Shown here in pieces: positions 19,818-30,748 of a DNA stretch of 64,000 nt; positions within the stretch are counted from its first letter, which is position 1, and the number at the start of each line of letters is the position of its first letter. Origin of the DNA: an uncultured Gammaproteobacteria bacterium (lineage in GTDB: Bacteria; Pseudomonadota; Gammaproteobacteria; JASBUN01); contig CAVZBR010000004.1 of NCBI GenBank assembly GCA_963773585.1, positions 429,941 to 493,940 of the forward strand, written 5' to 3'. The position numbers were made by a program, and so were the translations under genes. The notes beneath the pieces are model-generated. The model ran no database searches. It worked only from the letters and a program-made list of their open reading frames with translations, and was not told the DNA's origin.

Positions 19818-21197
19818 TCAGGTACCGACCATCAGGGATTCGATTTCGGTAGCAAGCGCATCCAGCAATTCCGGCTCCAGATTTTCTTGTTTACGCAGTC
19901 TGGCAAAGATTTTTTCCAGGCGCTTACGGCTGGCGAATTCGAATTTTTGCAGATCCTGCGGGTCCGAGCGCAGTTCCAGCGGGCCCCGGTAAGCATGCGT
20001 GCGATCTTCGATCATCTTGTGATGCAGTAGTGCCCGGCTCAGCACGACGTAGGGAAAGTTGATGTTGCGCATGGGACCCACCGCTATCGCCTGTCCCCCC
20101 AACGGCAGACCCATGATCTTGGTTTCGGCGATCTGGTCGGCGCCGATCCAGGTGGACAGCCCGCCAAGCAGCGCACCGATACCGGCGCCCAAAAACAAGG
20201 AATGACCGGCGACCGCCACATCGATGACGCCGCCCGCCGCCGCACCGCCCAGACTTCCGGTTGCAATCAACTGCTGTTTGCTGAGACCGAACAGGCTCCA
20301 GGTTTGGGTCGCGAACAAATCCTGATCGAGCACGTTCATCACCGATTCGTGCCGTTGCAGGTGTTTGTAGTCGTACACGCCCTCGACTTCGGTCCTGCAA
20401 TTTTGCTCCAACTCGATCAAGTCCTTCTTGTATTTTTCACGCAACGTTGCCAACACGCTGTCTTCGGCACTTTCGCTCAGCAACCGTTGTTCGCGGGTGT
20501 GCATGATCATGGCACTGATCGCCTCCGCGATCAGCCGCGCGGCGATGCGTCTGCGCCTACCCTGCTCCTGCTCCAAAATGGCGACGGCGTTCTCCAGGGG
20601 CGCGCGCCATTCGTCGCTGATTTGCCCGAACGCCAGCAACAGACGAATACGTTTGTCGAAATCCGCGGTCAGTGCGTTGAACACCCGCACGATGCGAAAA
20701 TATTGCCCGAGCGCCTTTTGCCATTGATCCGTGAAATCGCCGGCTCCGATTTGATTGATCAGGGCCAGGCTCGGCTGCCCGGTCCAGCGCAAAATCTCCA
20801 TCTCCGCTTCGTATTCCTCGCCGAAGGGTCGCGAACCGTCGACAACGTATAGAATGCCCGCACCGTCGAGGATCGGCTCCAGCAAACGGCACTCGGCACC
20901 GAAGCGGGGGTCTTGCCGGTATTGCTCGACGAACGCGCGCACCACGTCGGGTCGTTGCACTGAAGATGTGCTTTGTTGTTGCATCCATTCCAGAGCCGCC
21001 CGGGCGCGCTGGAATCCAGGCGTGTCGACCAATACATACAGCGTTTGGTCATCGACGCGCATCGGGTACTCGCGCTTTTCCACCGTGGTTCCGGGCAGCG
21101 GCGAAATCGCGACGGTTTCGTCCCGGGCGAGCGTTGCGACGATGCTGCTCTTGCCTTTGTTCGGATGTCCGACGATGGCAAACACCGGTACGGTCAC
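19818..21197 (-). CDS. P-loop GTPase with DUF3482 domain
   Basis: GHPNKGKSS, PGTT, DTPG, YVVDG; glycine-rich hydrophobic hairpin GGAAAGGVIDVAVAGHSLFLGAGIG. Confidence 0.8.
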   Translation of the reverse strand: MTVPVFAIVGHPNKGKSSIVATLARDETVAISPLPGTTVEKREYPMRVDDQTLYVLVDTPGFQRARAALEWMQQQSTSSVQRPDVVRAFVEQYRQDPRFGAECRLLEPILDGAGILYVVDGSRPFGEEYEAEMEILRWTGQPSLALINQIGAGDFTDQWQKALGQYFRIVRVFNALTADFDKRIRLLLAFGQISDEWRAPLENAVAILEQEQGRRRRIAARLIAEAISAMIMHTREQRLLSESAEDSVLATLREKYKKDLIELEQNCRTEVEGVYDYKHLQRHESVMNVLDQDLFATQTWSLFGLSKQQLIATGSLGGAAAGGVIDVAVAGHSLFLGAGIGALLGGLSTWIGADQIAETKIMGLPLGGQAIAVGPMRNINFPYVVLSRALLHHKMIEDRTHAYRGPLELRSDPQDLQKFEFASRKRLEKIFARLRKQENLEPELLDALATEIESLMVGT

Positions 21198-22672
21198 GAC
21201 AGCGCCTCGATGTGCAGATCAGGATCTTTCAACTGGCGCAGCGTCTGGTACCAGACTTCCGCATCGGTTTTGCTGACCGCCTCGCCGCCGCCCCACAGCA
21301 GCACCACGATCGGTTGGTGATGACCGCATCGGTCGCGAAGGACGCGCAGGAAATCCACGAAATCCAGGAGCGGCGGTTCCCACGCTTTCGCCACTACGGC
21401 CACACCTTCGTTACGCTCCCTGCAAACAGCGGCGATGGTCGTCGCATCCTGGCCGGTGGAGAGCGCGCCGCCGGCCTGCCGCCAGCCGGCGGGCTCGATA
21501 CCAAGATCCGGCAGCCGCCGCGCTATGGACTCGGGGTCCGGTACGCTTCCGGACCAGGCGATCACCGCGCAGCGGGTCATTGCGCCGCTCGCGAGTTCCA
21601 ACGTGTAGGCGTCGCCACCGCTGTCGGGTAGAGCTGTCGATTCCGGTTGCGGCGCCGCAGTACTGACCAGCGGCGAATTCATGCGCGCCAGCAACTCCGG
21701 CGCGCCGGGCAAACGCGGCAGCGCACGACGCAGGTGGGCATGAAAGCGTTGCCAGGAAACCAGGAGCGTCAACAGTCGCGGCAGCAAACCATAGCAAACC
21801 ACTGCGGCAATCAGAAACGGCCACCAACTGCCGAGCAGCGCGGCTCGCTGGGCATCCGGGTTGACGCCGAAGGCACCGTTCTCCAGGCGAAAATAACGGC
21901 TTGCTTCGACCAACTCGGTACTTGGCACCGCGGCGGGCACAAGGCCGTGCCAGGGCCAGGACAGGCTCGCCACGAAGCGGTGAAAGGTTTCGTTGTCCAG
22001 GGTGAGTGTGGTGCTCCATGCAAACGCGAGATCGGAGAATGTAATGAGATACAAAACCGCCAGCAGCACGCCGACGTTGAAGGCAAATGCAAACAGTTGC
22101 GACCAGAACGAAAACAACCAGCGCGCCGCCGATGCCAGCACGACGGCATTTTCCGGGTCCCAAACGATCTGCAGCTGGCGTTCAGCTGGACCGGGGAAGC
22201 GTTGCACCACCAGCCGCATCAGGCGGCCGGGATGCAGAAAGCGCAACGTGGAATGCAATCCACGCACCAGCGGCAAACTCCTGGGAAACGCCGCCAACAG
22301 CCAGAACAACAGCAAGATCAACTGCGGCAGGATCAAAACCATCAGGGCGCTGACGATGTTGATGGGGGCGTCGCCGGTATAGTGCAACGCGGTCTGCGCC
22401 ATACCCCAGCCGGACAGTACGCCCAGCAGTACCAAGACGAAGCCAAGCACGTGATACAACTTCGTGCCGCTGCGACCGGTTCGCCTCCAGGAAGGAATCT
22501 CCACTCGATCGAGCCAGGCGCGGATCTGTTTGGCAGGGCGGGTTTTGGCTTTCTTCAAGACAGCGCCGATTCTGCGGTCGCGCCTTTTTTTTTGCTCCAG
22601 CTCCGTCCCGCGATCGGCACGGAGCGCGGCATGCAAGTCGATCAAATCGTTCAATAAGGAGTGGCCTGCCAT
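21194..22672 (-). CDS. DUF2868 membrane protein
   Basis: Four TM segments, FAWSTTL, YGLLPRL, WEPP; stop overlaps the GTPase start. Confidence 0.75.
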   Translation of the reverse strand: MAGHSLLNDLIDLHAALRADRGTELEQKKRRDRRIGAVLKKAKTRPAKQIRAWLDRVEIPSWRRTGRSGTKLYHVLGFVLVLLGVLSGWGMAQTALHYTGDAPINIVSALMVLILPQLILLLFWLLAAFPRSLPLVRGLHSTLRFLHPGRLMRLVVQRFPGPAERQLQIVWDPENAVVLASAARWLFSFWSQLFAFAFNVGVLLAVLYLITFSDLAFAWSTTLTLDNETFHRFVASLSWPWHGLVPAAVPSTELVEASRYFRLENGAFGVNPDAQRAALLGSWWPFLIAAVVCYGLLPRLLTLLVSWQRFHAHLRRALPRLPGAPELLARMNSPLVSTAAPQPESTALPDSGGDAYTLELASGAMTRCAVIAWSGSVPDPESIARRLPDLGIEPAGWRQAGGALSTGQDATTIAAVCRERNEGVAVVAKAWEPPLLDFVDFLRVLRDRCGHHQPIVVLLWGGGEAVSKTDAEVWYQTLRQLKDPDLHIEALS

Positions 22673-22789
22673 GGTGCTATTTAACCATAAGGCCGGCAGT
22701 AGGGTCATTTGCGACTGATGTGCAGGACCGCTAAGGTCGGGACTGAGGTCAGCCGCAAACCGCCAGCACCCGGGCGCGGGGTATACCGC

Positions 22790-23947
22790 ATGAGCATGTC
22801 GGAGTTCATCAAGCAACACATGGAACTGATCTTGACGGATTGGGAGGAGTTCGCGGCCTCCTTGCATCCGGCCGCGGGGCAGCTCAGCCCGGAGGAACTG
22901 CGCGACTACGGCAAAGAAGTGCTCACCACGGTCGCGGACGATATGGAAACGCGCAAAAGCAGCGTCGAGCAGGGCGAGGGTGCGCGCACCGATGAAGGCC
23001 ATACGCCCGAAGTCACCGAAAGCGCACGCAAACATGCCGCCGACCGGTTACACGAGGGGTTCACCCTCATTCAGATGGTCAAGGAATACCAGGCGTTGCG
23101 CGCCAGCGTCACCCGGCGCTGGGCGGCACAGTTGTCGATCGATGATGCCGCCGCGCTGCGCGACCTGGCACGCTTCAACGAAGCCCTTGATCAATCAATG
23201 ATCGAGGCGGTCGCGTGGTACTCGGACCGGATGGATGAAGCGCGCGATCTTTTCACCGGCGCGCTTGCGCACGACTTGCGAAATCCGTTGGGTGCCATCA
23301 TCATGCTCGCCGACACGCTGCTAGCCGCAGAAGGACTGGAAAGTCAGTACATCAAATCGATAGCGCGGATTCGCAATAGCGGGAGTCGCATGGCCCATAT
23401 GGTCGGCGACCTGCTCGATTTCACGCGCGCTCGTCTGGGAACGGGACTGCGGATCGTTCCGACCGCCACTGATCTTGCGCAACATTGCAAAGCTGTGATA
23501 GACGAGCTGCGCGCTTCCCATCCGGACCGCGTTTTTGAAACGCAGTTCTTCGGCGATCTCAATGGTAGTTGGGATGCACCGCGCCTGGACCAAATGCTGT
23601 CCAACCTGCTCGGCAACGCCGTCACGTTCGGGCATCGCGATACACCGATCGCGTTGACTGCTCGGCAGACAGGCGAAGAAGTGTCGATCACCGTGCATAA
23701 CGACGGACCACATATTCCCGTTGAAACACAGCGCACGATCTTCGATCCACTCGTGCGTGTCGCTTCCGAGGACAGTCCAGCCGAACGGCATACGGACGGC
23801 TTGGGCCTGGGTCTTTACATCGCCGATCAGATCGCCAGTGCGCACGGCGGCTCGATCGAGCTGCACTCCACGGCTGGGGATGGCACGACGTTTACGGTTC
23901 CTGCCCCGTACGGCCACGGGATAGAGCGCCGACACCGAAACGGTTGA
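22790..23947 (+). CDS. Soluble sensor histidine kinase with RsbRD_N-like N-terminus; probable frameshift in the last codons (true stop near 23924)
   Basis: LAHDLRNPL, SNLLGNA, GLGLGLYIA; after FTV the expected LPR lies in another frame. Confidence 0.85.
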   Translation: MSMSEFIKQHMELILTDWEEFAASLHPAAGQLSPEELRDYGKEVLTTVADDMETRKSSVEQGEGARTDEGHTPEVTESARKHAADRLHEGFTLIQMVKEYQALRASVTRRWAAQLSIDDAAALRDLARFNEALDQSMIEAVAWYSDRMDEARDLFTGALAHDLRNPLGAIIMLADTLLAAEGLESQYIKSIARIRNSGSRMAHMVGDLLDFTRARLGTGLRIVPTATDLAQHCKAVIDELRASHPDRVFETQFFGDLNGSWDAPRLDQMLSNLLGNAVTFGHRDTPIALTARQTGEEVSITVHNDGPHIPVETQRTIFDPLVRVASEDSPAERHTDGLGLGLYIADQIASAHGGSIELHSTAGDGTTFTVPAPYGHGIERRHRNG

Positions 23948-24627
23948 GGCATTGCCCGTCGCTTTTTCGGCAAAGGGCTCGACATCACGCAGCGGCGCTT
24001 TTCTTTGCGGACTTCGGTTTGCGATCGTCCCGTGGGCGGCTGCTTCCATAATCGCCTATGCATCCGCCTTCGGCAGCAGACCATCCACGACCAGGTGCCC
24101 AGCTGCATGACGGACCTGCGACATATAGGTACCACGCGTCGGGAAGCGTTCCTCAACGGATAGGTACGGAAAGGCGCGAATTCCCGCAGCCCATACGCGC
24201 AGCTTTTGAAGCGGCCAAAGTAAGAAAAGATCCGGAAGGCGAACAGACTTCGTTTTCGGCATGGCCGGGCGCACGCACACCCCATCCCTTACAGGCGACG
24301 ATTGATACTTCAGCTGCGGCACGTGAATTCCCCCGAGCGCGGCCCGTGGGTTGACCTTCCACAGAAGGCCCGGTATCGCGGTAGTTGGAATCGTACAGAT
24401 AATCAAAGTACCGTCTAGTGCCGTAGGATAACGGGTCGCCGGCGACCACTTGGCTTCGCGATCCCCGCGTTGAGCGCGGGCACCGCAGGTGGAAGCGCAT
24501 TGCAGTTCTACTTATGCAGCCCCGGAAGACGGCGTGGGCAAGGTGACGCAGCAACGGTCGCTTGCCTGTAGTGAAGGCTACCTTGCCGGCGATGCCCCGC
24601 GAGCGGCAGCCCTGCCCGAACGCAATA

Positions 24628-24649
24628 CGGAGCGGCGTGCGCCGCTCCG
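24628..24649 (-). terminator. GC hairpin downstream of catalase
   Basis: CGGAGCGGCG-TG-CGCCGCTCCG, 12 nt past the stop; weak U-tail. Confidence 0.5.
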
Positions 24650-24661
24650 CAATACACCGCG

Positions 24662-26116
24662 TCAGGCTTTTTTGTAGGCTTTGACGATACGCTCGCCGAT
24701 GTCCTTGTCGACGTTGCGCCAATATTCGAAGGCGCGTTCGAGCACCGGCTGAGACACGCCGTCTTTCAGATGACCCACCACATTGCTCACCAAGCGCTCG
24801 CGCGCGCCGTCGTCCATGACCTCACGCACCAAAGTCCCGGGCTGAATGAAGTCGTCGTCGTCCTTGCGCGGGGTATAGGCGGCATGGATGAATTCGCCGC
24901 TGGCTTCCCATTTCTCCGTATAGGGATAACGCTCGGGGTCGGCTTGTGGTCCGCCCTTTGAATTGGGCGCATACACCGGGTCGGATACATTCTGCACTCG
25001 CATGGCCCCGTCTTTGCTGTAGCTGTGCACCGGCACCTTGGGCGCATTGACCGGGATCTGCTTGTAGTTCACGCCCAGGCGGTGGCGATGGGCGTCAGCG
25101 TAGGAGAACACGCGCGCCAGCAACATTTTGTCGGGGCTCACGCCGATGCCCGGCACCAGGTTGTTGGGCTCGAACGCCGCCTGCTCGATTTCAGTGTGAA
25201 AATCGGTCGGGTTGCGGTTCAGAGTCAGTTTGCCGACCTCGATCGGCGGGTAATCACTGTGGGGCCAGACCTTGGTAAGGTCGAACGGGTTAAAGCGATA
25301 GGTCTGGGCGTCCTCGAACGGCATGATCTGCATCTGCAGCGTCCAGCTCGGATAATCGCCACGGGCGATCGCCTGGAACAGATCGCGCCTGTGATAATCC
25401 GAATCGGCACCGGCCATGTGATCGGCGTCTTCCTGGGTCAAGAAGTCGTTGCCCTGGTCGGTTTTGAAATGATATTTGACCCAGAATCGCTTACCCTTGG
25501 CATTCACCCACATATAAGTGTGGCTGGAATAGCCGTTCATGTGCCGGTAGGTCTTGGGGATACCGCGGTCACTCATCAGGATGGTGACCTGATGGGCCGA
25601 TTCCGGCGAAAGTGTCCAAAAATCCCATTGCATGTCGTGGTCGCGCAAGCCGGAATCCGCGCGCCGCTTCTGCGAGCGGATGAAGTGCTGAAACTTCATC
25701 GGATCGCGAACGAAAAACACCGGCGTATTGTTCCCCACCATGTCGTAGTTGCCTTCACTGGTGTAGAACTTCAACGCAAAACCGCGTGGGTCGCGCCAGG
25801 TGTCGGGGCTACCGCGTTCACCGGCGACCGTGGAAAATCGGATCAGGGTATCGGTCTTGGTGCCGGGCTGAAACACCGCCGCCTTGGTGTACTGACTGAC
25901 ATCGTGGGTCACTTCGAAATAGCCGAAGGCACCGGAGCCTTTGGCGTGTGGCTGGCGCTCGGGGATGCGCTCACGATTGAAGTTCGCCATTTGCTCGATG
26001 AGATAGTGATCGTGCAGCAGGATCGGACCGTCGGGCCCGACAGTAAGCGAATACTCATCGCTGGGGACCGGAATTCCAGCGTCCGTGGTAGTAGGTGCGC
26101 GGTCGTCGTCTTTCAC
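24662..26116 (-). CDS. katA: Small-subunit monofunctional heme catalase
   Basis: [38 protein letters not shown]; GTG start with GGAGG RBS. Confidence 0.93.
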   Translation of the reverse strand: MKDDDRAPTTTDAGIPVPSDEYSLTVGPDGPILLHDHYLIEQMANFNRERIPERQPHAKGSGAFGYFEVTHDVSQYTKAAVFQPGTKTDTLIRFSTVAGERGSPDTWRDPRGFALKFYTSEGNYDMVGNNTPVFFVRDPMKFQHFIRSQKRRADSGLRDHDMQWDFWTLSPESAHQVTILMSDRGIPKTYRHMNGYSSHTYMWVNAKGKRFWVKYHFKTDQGNDFLTQEDADHMAGADSDYHRRDLFQAIARGDYPSWTLQMQIMPFEDAQTYRFNPFDLTKVWPHSDYPPIEVGKLTLNRNPTDFHTEIEQAAFEPNNLVPGIGVSPDKMLLARVFSYADAHRHRLGVNYKQIPVNAPKVPVHSYSKDGAMRVQNVSDPVYAPNSKGGPQADPERYPYTEKWEASGEFIHAAYTPRKDDDDFIQPGTLVREVMDDGARERLVSNVVGHLKDGVSQPVLERAFEYWRNVDKDIGERIVKAYKKA

Positions 26117-27513
26117 GGAAATACCTCCATGCGTTCGTGCAATTCGACAATGGTGGGCAAAGCCGGCGGGGTAGGAGCCGCGCGCAACGCGCCCTTGCCA
26201 CAGCGGAGTCTTCATCAGTTCTGCGCGTCTCCGGAACAGCGTAGCAGAATTCCAACTACGTGACGGCGGTGGCCTTACGGGGGCCGTGACGGCTCTTTCG
26301 GTACGTATCGGGCTGATCGAGGTCAACCGCCTTCAATATGCGGGCCGATCGGCAGCGACTATAAGAATGGTGCGACGGTCGTGCGCCCGCGCGCATATAT
26401 CGTTTCGACTTCGTCGCCGTTTCTGCCTAGTCGCAAGCCTGCACTTCGATCCGTTTCGCCTCAGGTTCAATGACTGCTTTCCAGCACGGACAACAGGATC
26501 GGCGAGGTGCCTCCGGAGTTCCCTGTGCATCACTTTGCGGTCAGTACCACAGAAAAGGATGTACAGCGGGATTGTGGTTTACGATTCGCCGGGCAAACGG
26601 TACGCCATAGAATTCGAACGTGTAGCTACTCTGAACGGCACCGTTGATAACTGACGTCACGCGATTTGCGTTTACGAAGATGCGATATGTCACTTGCTCT
26701 CGTTTGGGCGGGCTCAGTCGCTGCGCCCGTTCACTTCGCGCTTGATGAAGAGAAGTTCGCGATGTGTATTCTCGACGTCCCTTGGTTGTCATCCTTGGAA
26801 TATTTTTGAAAGCCACTCAGCGACAGTGCGCGAGTGTCCCGGACTGAATTCACCTCCGGCGCGGTGTCTCGGAATACACCGGTTTACCGTGCCCATACGT
26901 TGAACCGTCCGCCTTCAGCCAAGTCCAGACATATTCCCACAAACTTGTAGTGTCCGGTAGGTGACTTACCATTCAGAATGCTTTTGATTGGTGCCGATGG
27001 GAAATTGTGATGATTGTCCTCCCTGGCATGCCGGCGATCGTTGCCTGACAAATGCACTGCCCAAGTTGAATTGCGCCATCGCATTTGTCGCAGGTTCTTT
27101 CCGTTCCGCTTCGCCGTTGAGTCTTGACCCTTTATGCTACGTGTCCGCGCGGCTTCACTTGCGACTCGCGTTGTTGCCGACATCCACGGACTGAGACCAA
27201 CGCACTGCGTTTTCGTGGATTAGCACTGCGTCGGCGAGCGTTCTACTGTAGAGGAAACCATGGCGGAAATGACGCCCAGACAGTATGGCAGTGGAGCGCA
27301 GGACATCGCAGTTCAAGCAACCCGTGTGCTTCCAGCCGTCACAGCAACAACGCCAAGCAGCAAGATTTGGGGGCTCAATGTGCCGCATATTGAGTAGAGT
27401 GGGCGGGGATTGTCTATCGAAGTGTATCGACGTAGTGCAAAGGTAAAAAATTCACGCGGCCGACCAAACAGAAGCCATTTTGGAATGACGATACAAGTTG
27501 CAAGACATTATGC

Positions 27514-28710
27514 ATGCTCGTGCACCGCGAGCCAATCGTGAAAAACGGGACCCTGACACTCGTTTTGGCCGGGTTGACCATGGTCGGACCGTTTGCGATC
27601 GATACGTTCCTGCCATCTTTTCCCGCCATCGCCCAGCACTTCGATGTCAGCATGGCGGTGGTTCAACAGACACTGAGCGCGTATCTGCTCGCGTTCGCAT
27701 TGATGAGCCTGTTCTACGGAACCATCTCCGACTCGTTTGGCCGTCGTCCGGTCATACTCGGCTCGTTACTTCTTTTTACGTGCGCCTCAGTCGGTGCCGC
27801 CCTGGCGCCGAGCTTTGGCTGGTTGCTTGGGTTTCGCGTGCTGCAGGGGCTTTCGGCCGGTGGCGGGCGGGTGATCGGCCAGGCGATCATTCGCGACCGC
27901 TTCGAAGGCCCGGCGGCACACAGATTGATGTCTCAGGTCACCATGGTGTTCGGACTTGCACCCGCGGTCGCACCGATTCTGGGGGGTTATCTGCATGCCG
28001 GGTTCGGGTGGCGCTCGGTGTTCGTTTTCATGGCGATGTTCGGGCTCGTATTATTGGTCGCGACTTGCCGCTACCTCGACGAGAGCCTGCCCCGCGACGC
28101 ACGGACGCGATTTCACCCGGCGACGCTCGCAACGAATTACGGTGCTGCGCTGCGCCATGGAACATTCGTCGCCCGCGCCCTGGCGGTCGGCTTTGCCTTT
28201 GGCGGACTCGCGCTGTACATCGCATCTGCGGCGAGCTTTGTGATGCGCATACTCGGTCTTCCGGAAACCGCGTTCGCCTGGCTGTTCGTGCCGATGATCG
28301 GCGGCATGGTGCTGGGGTCGGCGTTGGGCGCACGCTTGGCGCGTCGTGCTCAACCCGCGGCGGTGTTCCGCTTGGGCTTCAGCTGTATGGCGATCGCGGT
28401 CGCAGCCAATCTCGCCTACAACAATTTCTTGGCAGCGGCGGCGCCGTGGGCGGTCCTGCCCATCATGCTTTACACGTTTGGCGTCGGTCTCACCATGCCC
28501 GGCATGACGGTGAAAGCGTTGGACGTTTTCCCCACCATGCGCGGGCTTGCGGCTTCACTGGTGACGTTCGTGCAGATGCTGGTGTTTTCGTTGGTTTCCG
28601 GTGTGATCGCGCCGATGGTGTACGACAGCGCCATGAAACTGGCTGCGGGGTTGGCGACGTTTTTTCTGCTGACGCTGATCTGCTGGAGCGCGGGTCGGAA
28701 AACGCGGTAG
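27514..28710 (+). CDS. Bcr/CflA-family MFS drug efflux transporter
   Basis: PFAIDTFLPSFP, GTISDSFGRRPV, APILGG; about 12 TM helices. Confidence 0.9.
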   Translation: MLVHREPIVKNGTLTLVLAGLTMVGPFAIDTFLPSFPAIAQHFDVSMAVVQQTLSAYLLAFALMSLFYGTISDSFGRRPVILGSLLLFTCASVGAALAPSFGWLLGFRVLQGLSAGGGRVIGQAIIRDRFEGPAAHRLMSQVTMVFGLAPAVAPILGGYLHAGFGWRSVFVFMAMFGLVLLVATCRYLDESLPRDARTRFHPATLATNYGAALRHGTFVARALAVGFAFGGLALYIASAASFVMRILGLPETAFAWLFVPMIGGMVLGSALGARLARRAQPAAVFRLGFSCMAIAVAANLAYNNFLAAAAPWAVLPIMLYTFGVGLTMPGMTVKALDVFPTMRGLAASLVTFVQMLVFSLVSGVIAPMVYDSAMKLAAGLATFFLLTLICWSAGRKTR

Positions 28711-29101
28711 GCGATGAACCGCGACGCGAAACTTCGCGGTCATGTCACTGCTTCGCGCGTCCCGGTCACTGGCAAAAGGCGTTTTGTACATTCCTGCTTT
28801 CGTCGGTAGCGGACGTGCCTGCGCCGCCCAGGTTGCGCTTCGGAGTCGCGCCGCACCCGAGCGCAGCGTCACGCGCGGCGAGCAATTGCCGCGGGTTCCT
28901 CTCAGCGCGCTGCTATGGACGCCACTACTTTCGGCCGAGGAGTGCGCTGGACTAGGTTATTGCCCTGGATACCACCGCTCCCGCAAGGAATTGGCCCCGC
29001 CTGTTGCCGCACGCGCGCTGGCGCCATTCCGACGGCGGTGAGTCGCCACGCCAGCCGGCGGTCGTTTGGAGAATCGGGACGCGCGTTCGTTGCTGCGACG
29101 G

Positions 29102-29509
29102 TCACCCGCCGATGGAGAAAAAGAAACAGCCGCCGCCGGCCGGATCGCAAAACCGGAACATCAGATGTCCGTGATCCCGGTAGTAGTGGCCGTGGTCCCG
29201 GATGCGGGGATGATTACGCGCATAGTCATTCCAAGCATCCCAGGAACGCCAATGTCCCCGGTAGTCGTAGCGATGACGGTCGTGGCTGTATCGGTCAAAA
29301 TGACGGTCGTGACCGTAGGGCTGCGCGCGATACCCCCGATACCGACCGTAGTCGGAATCGCCGCGGCGCTCATGCCCTCGGTCGCGGTCGTAAGCGCGGC
29401 TGTGTTCGTGTCCGCGGTCGCGATCATGGTTGCGGTCTGCGGACGCCGCACCACTTAGCGTGCACAGCGCCGTAAACATACAGGCGAAGACAACTGTCGA
29501 TTTATTCAT
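29102..29509 (-). CDS. Small secreted His/Arg/Asp/Tyr-rich low-complexity protein
   Basis: Signal peptide ending ASA-D; DRDRGHE repeats; C-terminal FRFCDPAGGGCFFFSIG. Confidence 0.7.
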   Translation of the reverse strand: MNKSTVVFACMFTALCTLSGAASADRNHDRDRGHEHSRAYDRDRGHERRGDSDYGRYRGYRAQPYGHDRHFDRYSHDRHRYDYRGHWRSWDAWNDYARNHPRIRDHGHYYRDHGHLMFRFCDPAGGGCFFFSIGG

Positions 29510-29770
29510 AACGTTACCTTGTTCAGTCGTTGAATGCCGACGCCCCCGCCGGGGTTTACGCGATTCACAGTCGGGTGAGGCATATTGTAGTAGACCGATG
29601 GCAACAGCAACCTCTCCCGAAAGCCAGCCGCAACGCGCGGACTTTCCGAAATTGGACGCGGTTGCTTTGCTAGGACAATGGCCTGGCGGAGTCAGCTCTT
29701 TTTCATCCCCAAAGGTGATGTACCGCGGCGAGATAGGAACGTGCCGTAGCTGGCGGCCCTCCGTTGACAT

Positions 29771-30103
29771 TCAAACAGGGGGCGCACACCGCTTAATAGC
29801 AATGCCACGCCGACGAAGCTCGGCAGCACACATGCCTTCACCGCGGTTCGAAAAGCTTTTTCCCTGGATCATCACTGTCACCGTGTCTGAGCTTTCCTCA
29901 TGAAAGCGAGGTGGAGCATGTTCGTTCGAATACACGTGGACCTCAATGCCGCGGACACGTTCGACCAACTGCTTGACGTTGTAGAGACGGCCATCCACCC
30001 ACACGGAATAGCCACCGCGAAGCAGTTCGGAAACCCCACCTGCCGCGTCTTGCAGCGAGCTCGCTTCTACGAGCGACTGCTCAAGCTGTTGGTACGGGTT
30101 CAT
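29771..30103 (-). pseudogene. DUF4160-like protein, apparently truncated after the HxPPxFH motif
   Basis: GIEVHVYSNEHAPPRFH followed by unrelated-looking sequence; ATG a few nt after an attC-like end. Confidence 0.55.
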
Positions 30104-30107
30104 CGCG

Positions 30108-30179
30108 TTCTAAAGCCCGGCTTCAACTGACGGCTGCGAGCGCAGCGAGTGGCCGATTGGCTGGAAGCATTTGTGATGC
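30108..30179 (-). repeat. Degenerate integron attC-like site
   Basis: Minus strand GCATCAC...CTTCCAGCCAAT-CGGCCAC-TCGCTGCGCTC-GCAGCCG-TCAGTTGAAG...TTTAGAA; imperfect hairpin with an extrahelical base; both core sites mutated. Confidence 0.55.
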
Positions 30180-30192
30180 ACCGGCGAGTGCT

Positions 30193-30687
30193 CTACCTAC
30201 TAATAAACGTGTCCTTTCGGTTACCTCTGCGACCCGGTGAGAACGCGTACATCAGAAGCGTAGCGTCCTCCGTGGCCACCGCCGTGACCTCACGGCTCAC
30301 TGCCCGCACCTGCTCCGGCGCGAGACTGTGTACGACACCAAAGTCCAGGATCAGGCGAAATCCTGAGCCTATGCCCGCCGCCGTGAGCGCCGTAACGCTC
30401 CTCTCGACGAATAGAACCTCCACGCCAGCTCCGCGTGCGCGTTCGCGAGCAGCCCGCACCGCCCTCGGTACGATGTCGACGCCGATTACCTCCCACCCGC
30501 GTCGAGCCAGACGAACCGACCAGAACCCGGTGCCGCATCCGAGATCGAGTGTGCGCCCGTAGGTCGGTTCTCGAACTCTTTCTTCTCGCTCAAGGAGCGC
30601 GACGGCCTGATCGCCTATAGGAAGCGTCGGCATACGTTCCCAGGACGTTAAGCCGACCAGGTACTGGAATTTGGAGAAAAGGCTCAC
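30193..30687 (-). CDS. Class I SAM-dependent methyltransferase (C-terminus possibly truncated)
   Basis: LDLGCGTG, VIGVDIV, ILDFGVVH. Confidence 0.75.
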   Translation of the reverse strand: MSLFSKFQYLVGLTSWERMPTLPIGDQAVALLEREERVREPTYGRTLDLGCGTGFWSVRLARRGWEVIGVDIVPRAVRAARERARGAGVEVLFVERSVTALTAAGIGSGFRLILDFGVVHSLAPEQVRAVSREVTAVATEDATLLMYAFSPGRRGNRKDTFISR

Positions 30688-30711
30688 TCGCCGCCCTGAC
30701 GACGCCTCGGC

Positions 30712-30748
30712 GGCTAACGTTTCCGATGACTCAACCAGCTAGCTAGGC
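30712..30748 (-). repeat. Internally deleted attC-like site
   Basis: Minus strand GCCTAGC (overlapping the hicB stop) ... TCATCGGAAAC-GTTAGCC; only 37 bp long. Confidence 0.45.

Noticed and set aside
26330-26660. Minus-strand YILFCGTDRKVMHRELRRHL, reminiscent of IS200 TnpA
   Set aside because: Match is too short; no HUH motif or terminal hairpins seen.
27260-27397. 45-aa ORF MAEMTPRQYGSGAQ... resembling the RibBA C-terminus
   Set aside because: Only an 8-residue resemblance; cannot be told from chance without BLASTX.
29066-29475. Val-rich and Thr-rich ORFs overlapping the His-rich gene
   Set aside because: Alternative-frame readings of a low-complexity gene; only 29102-29509 has a signal peptide.
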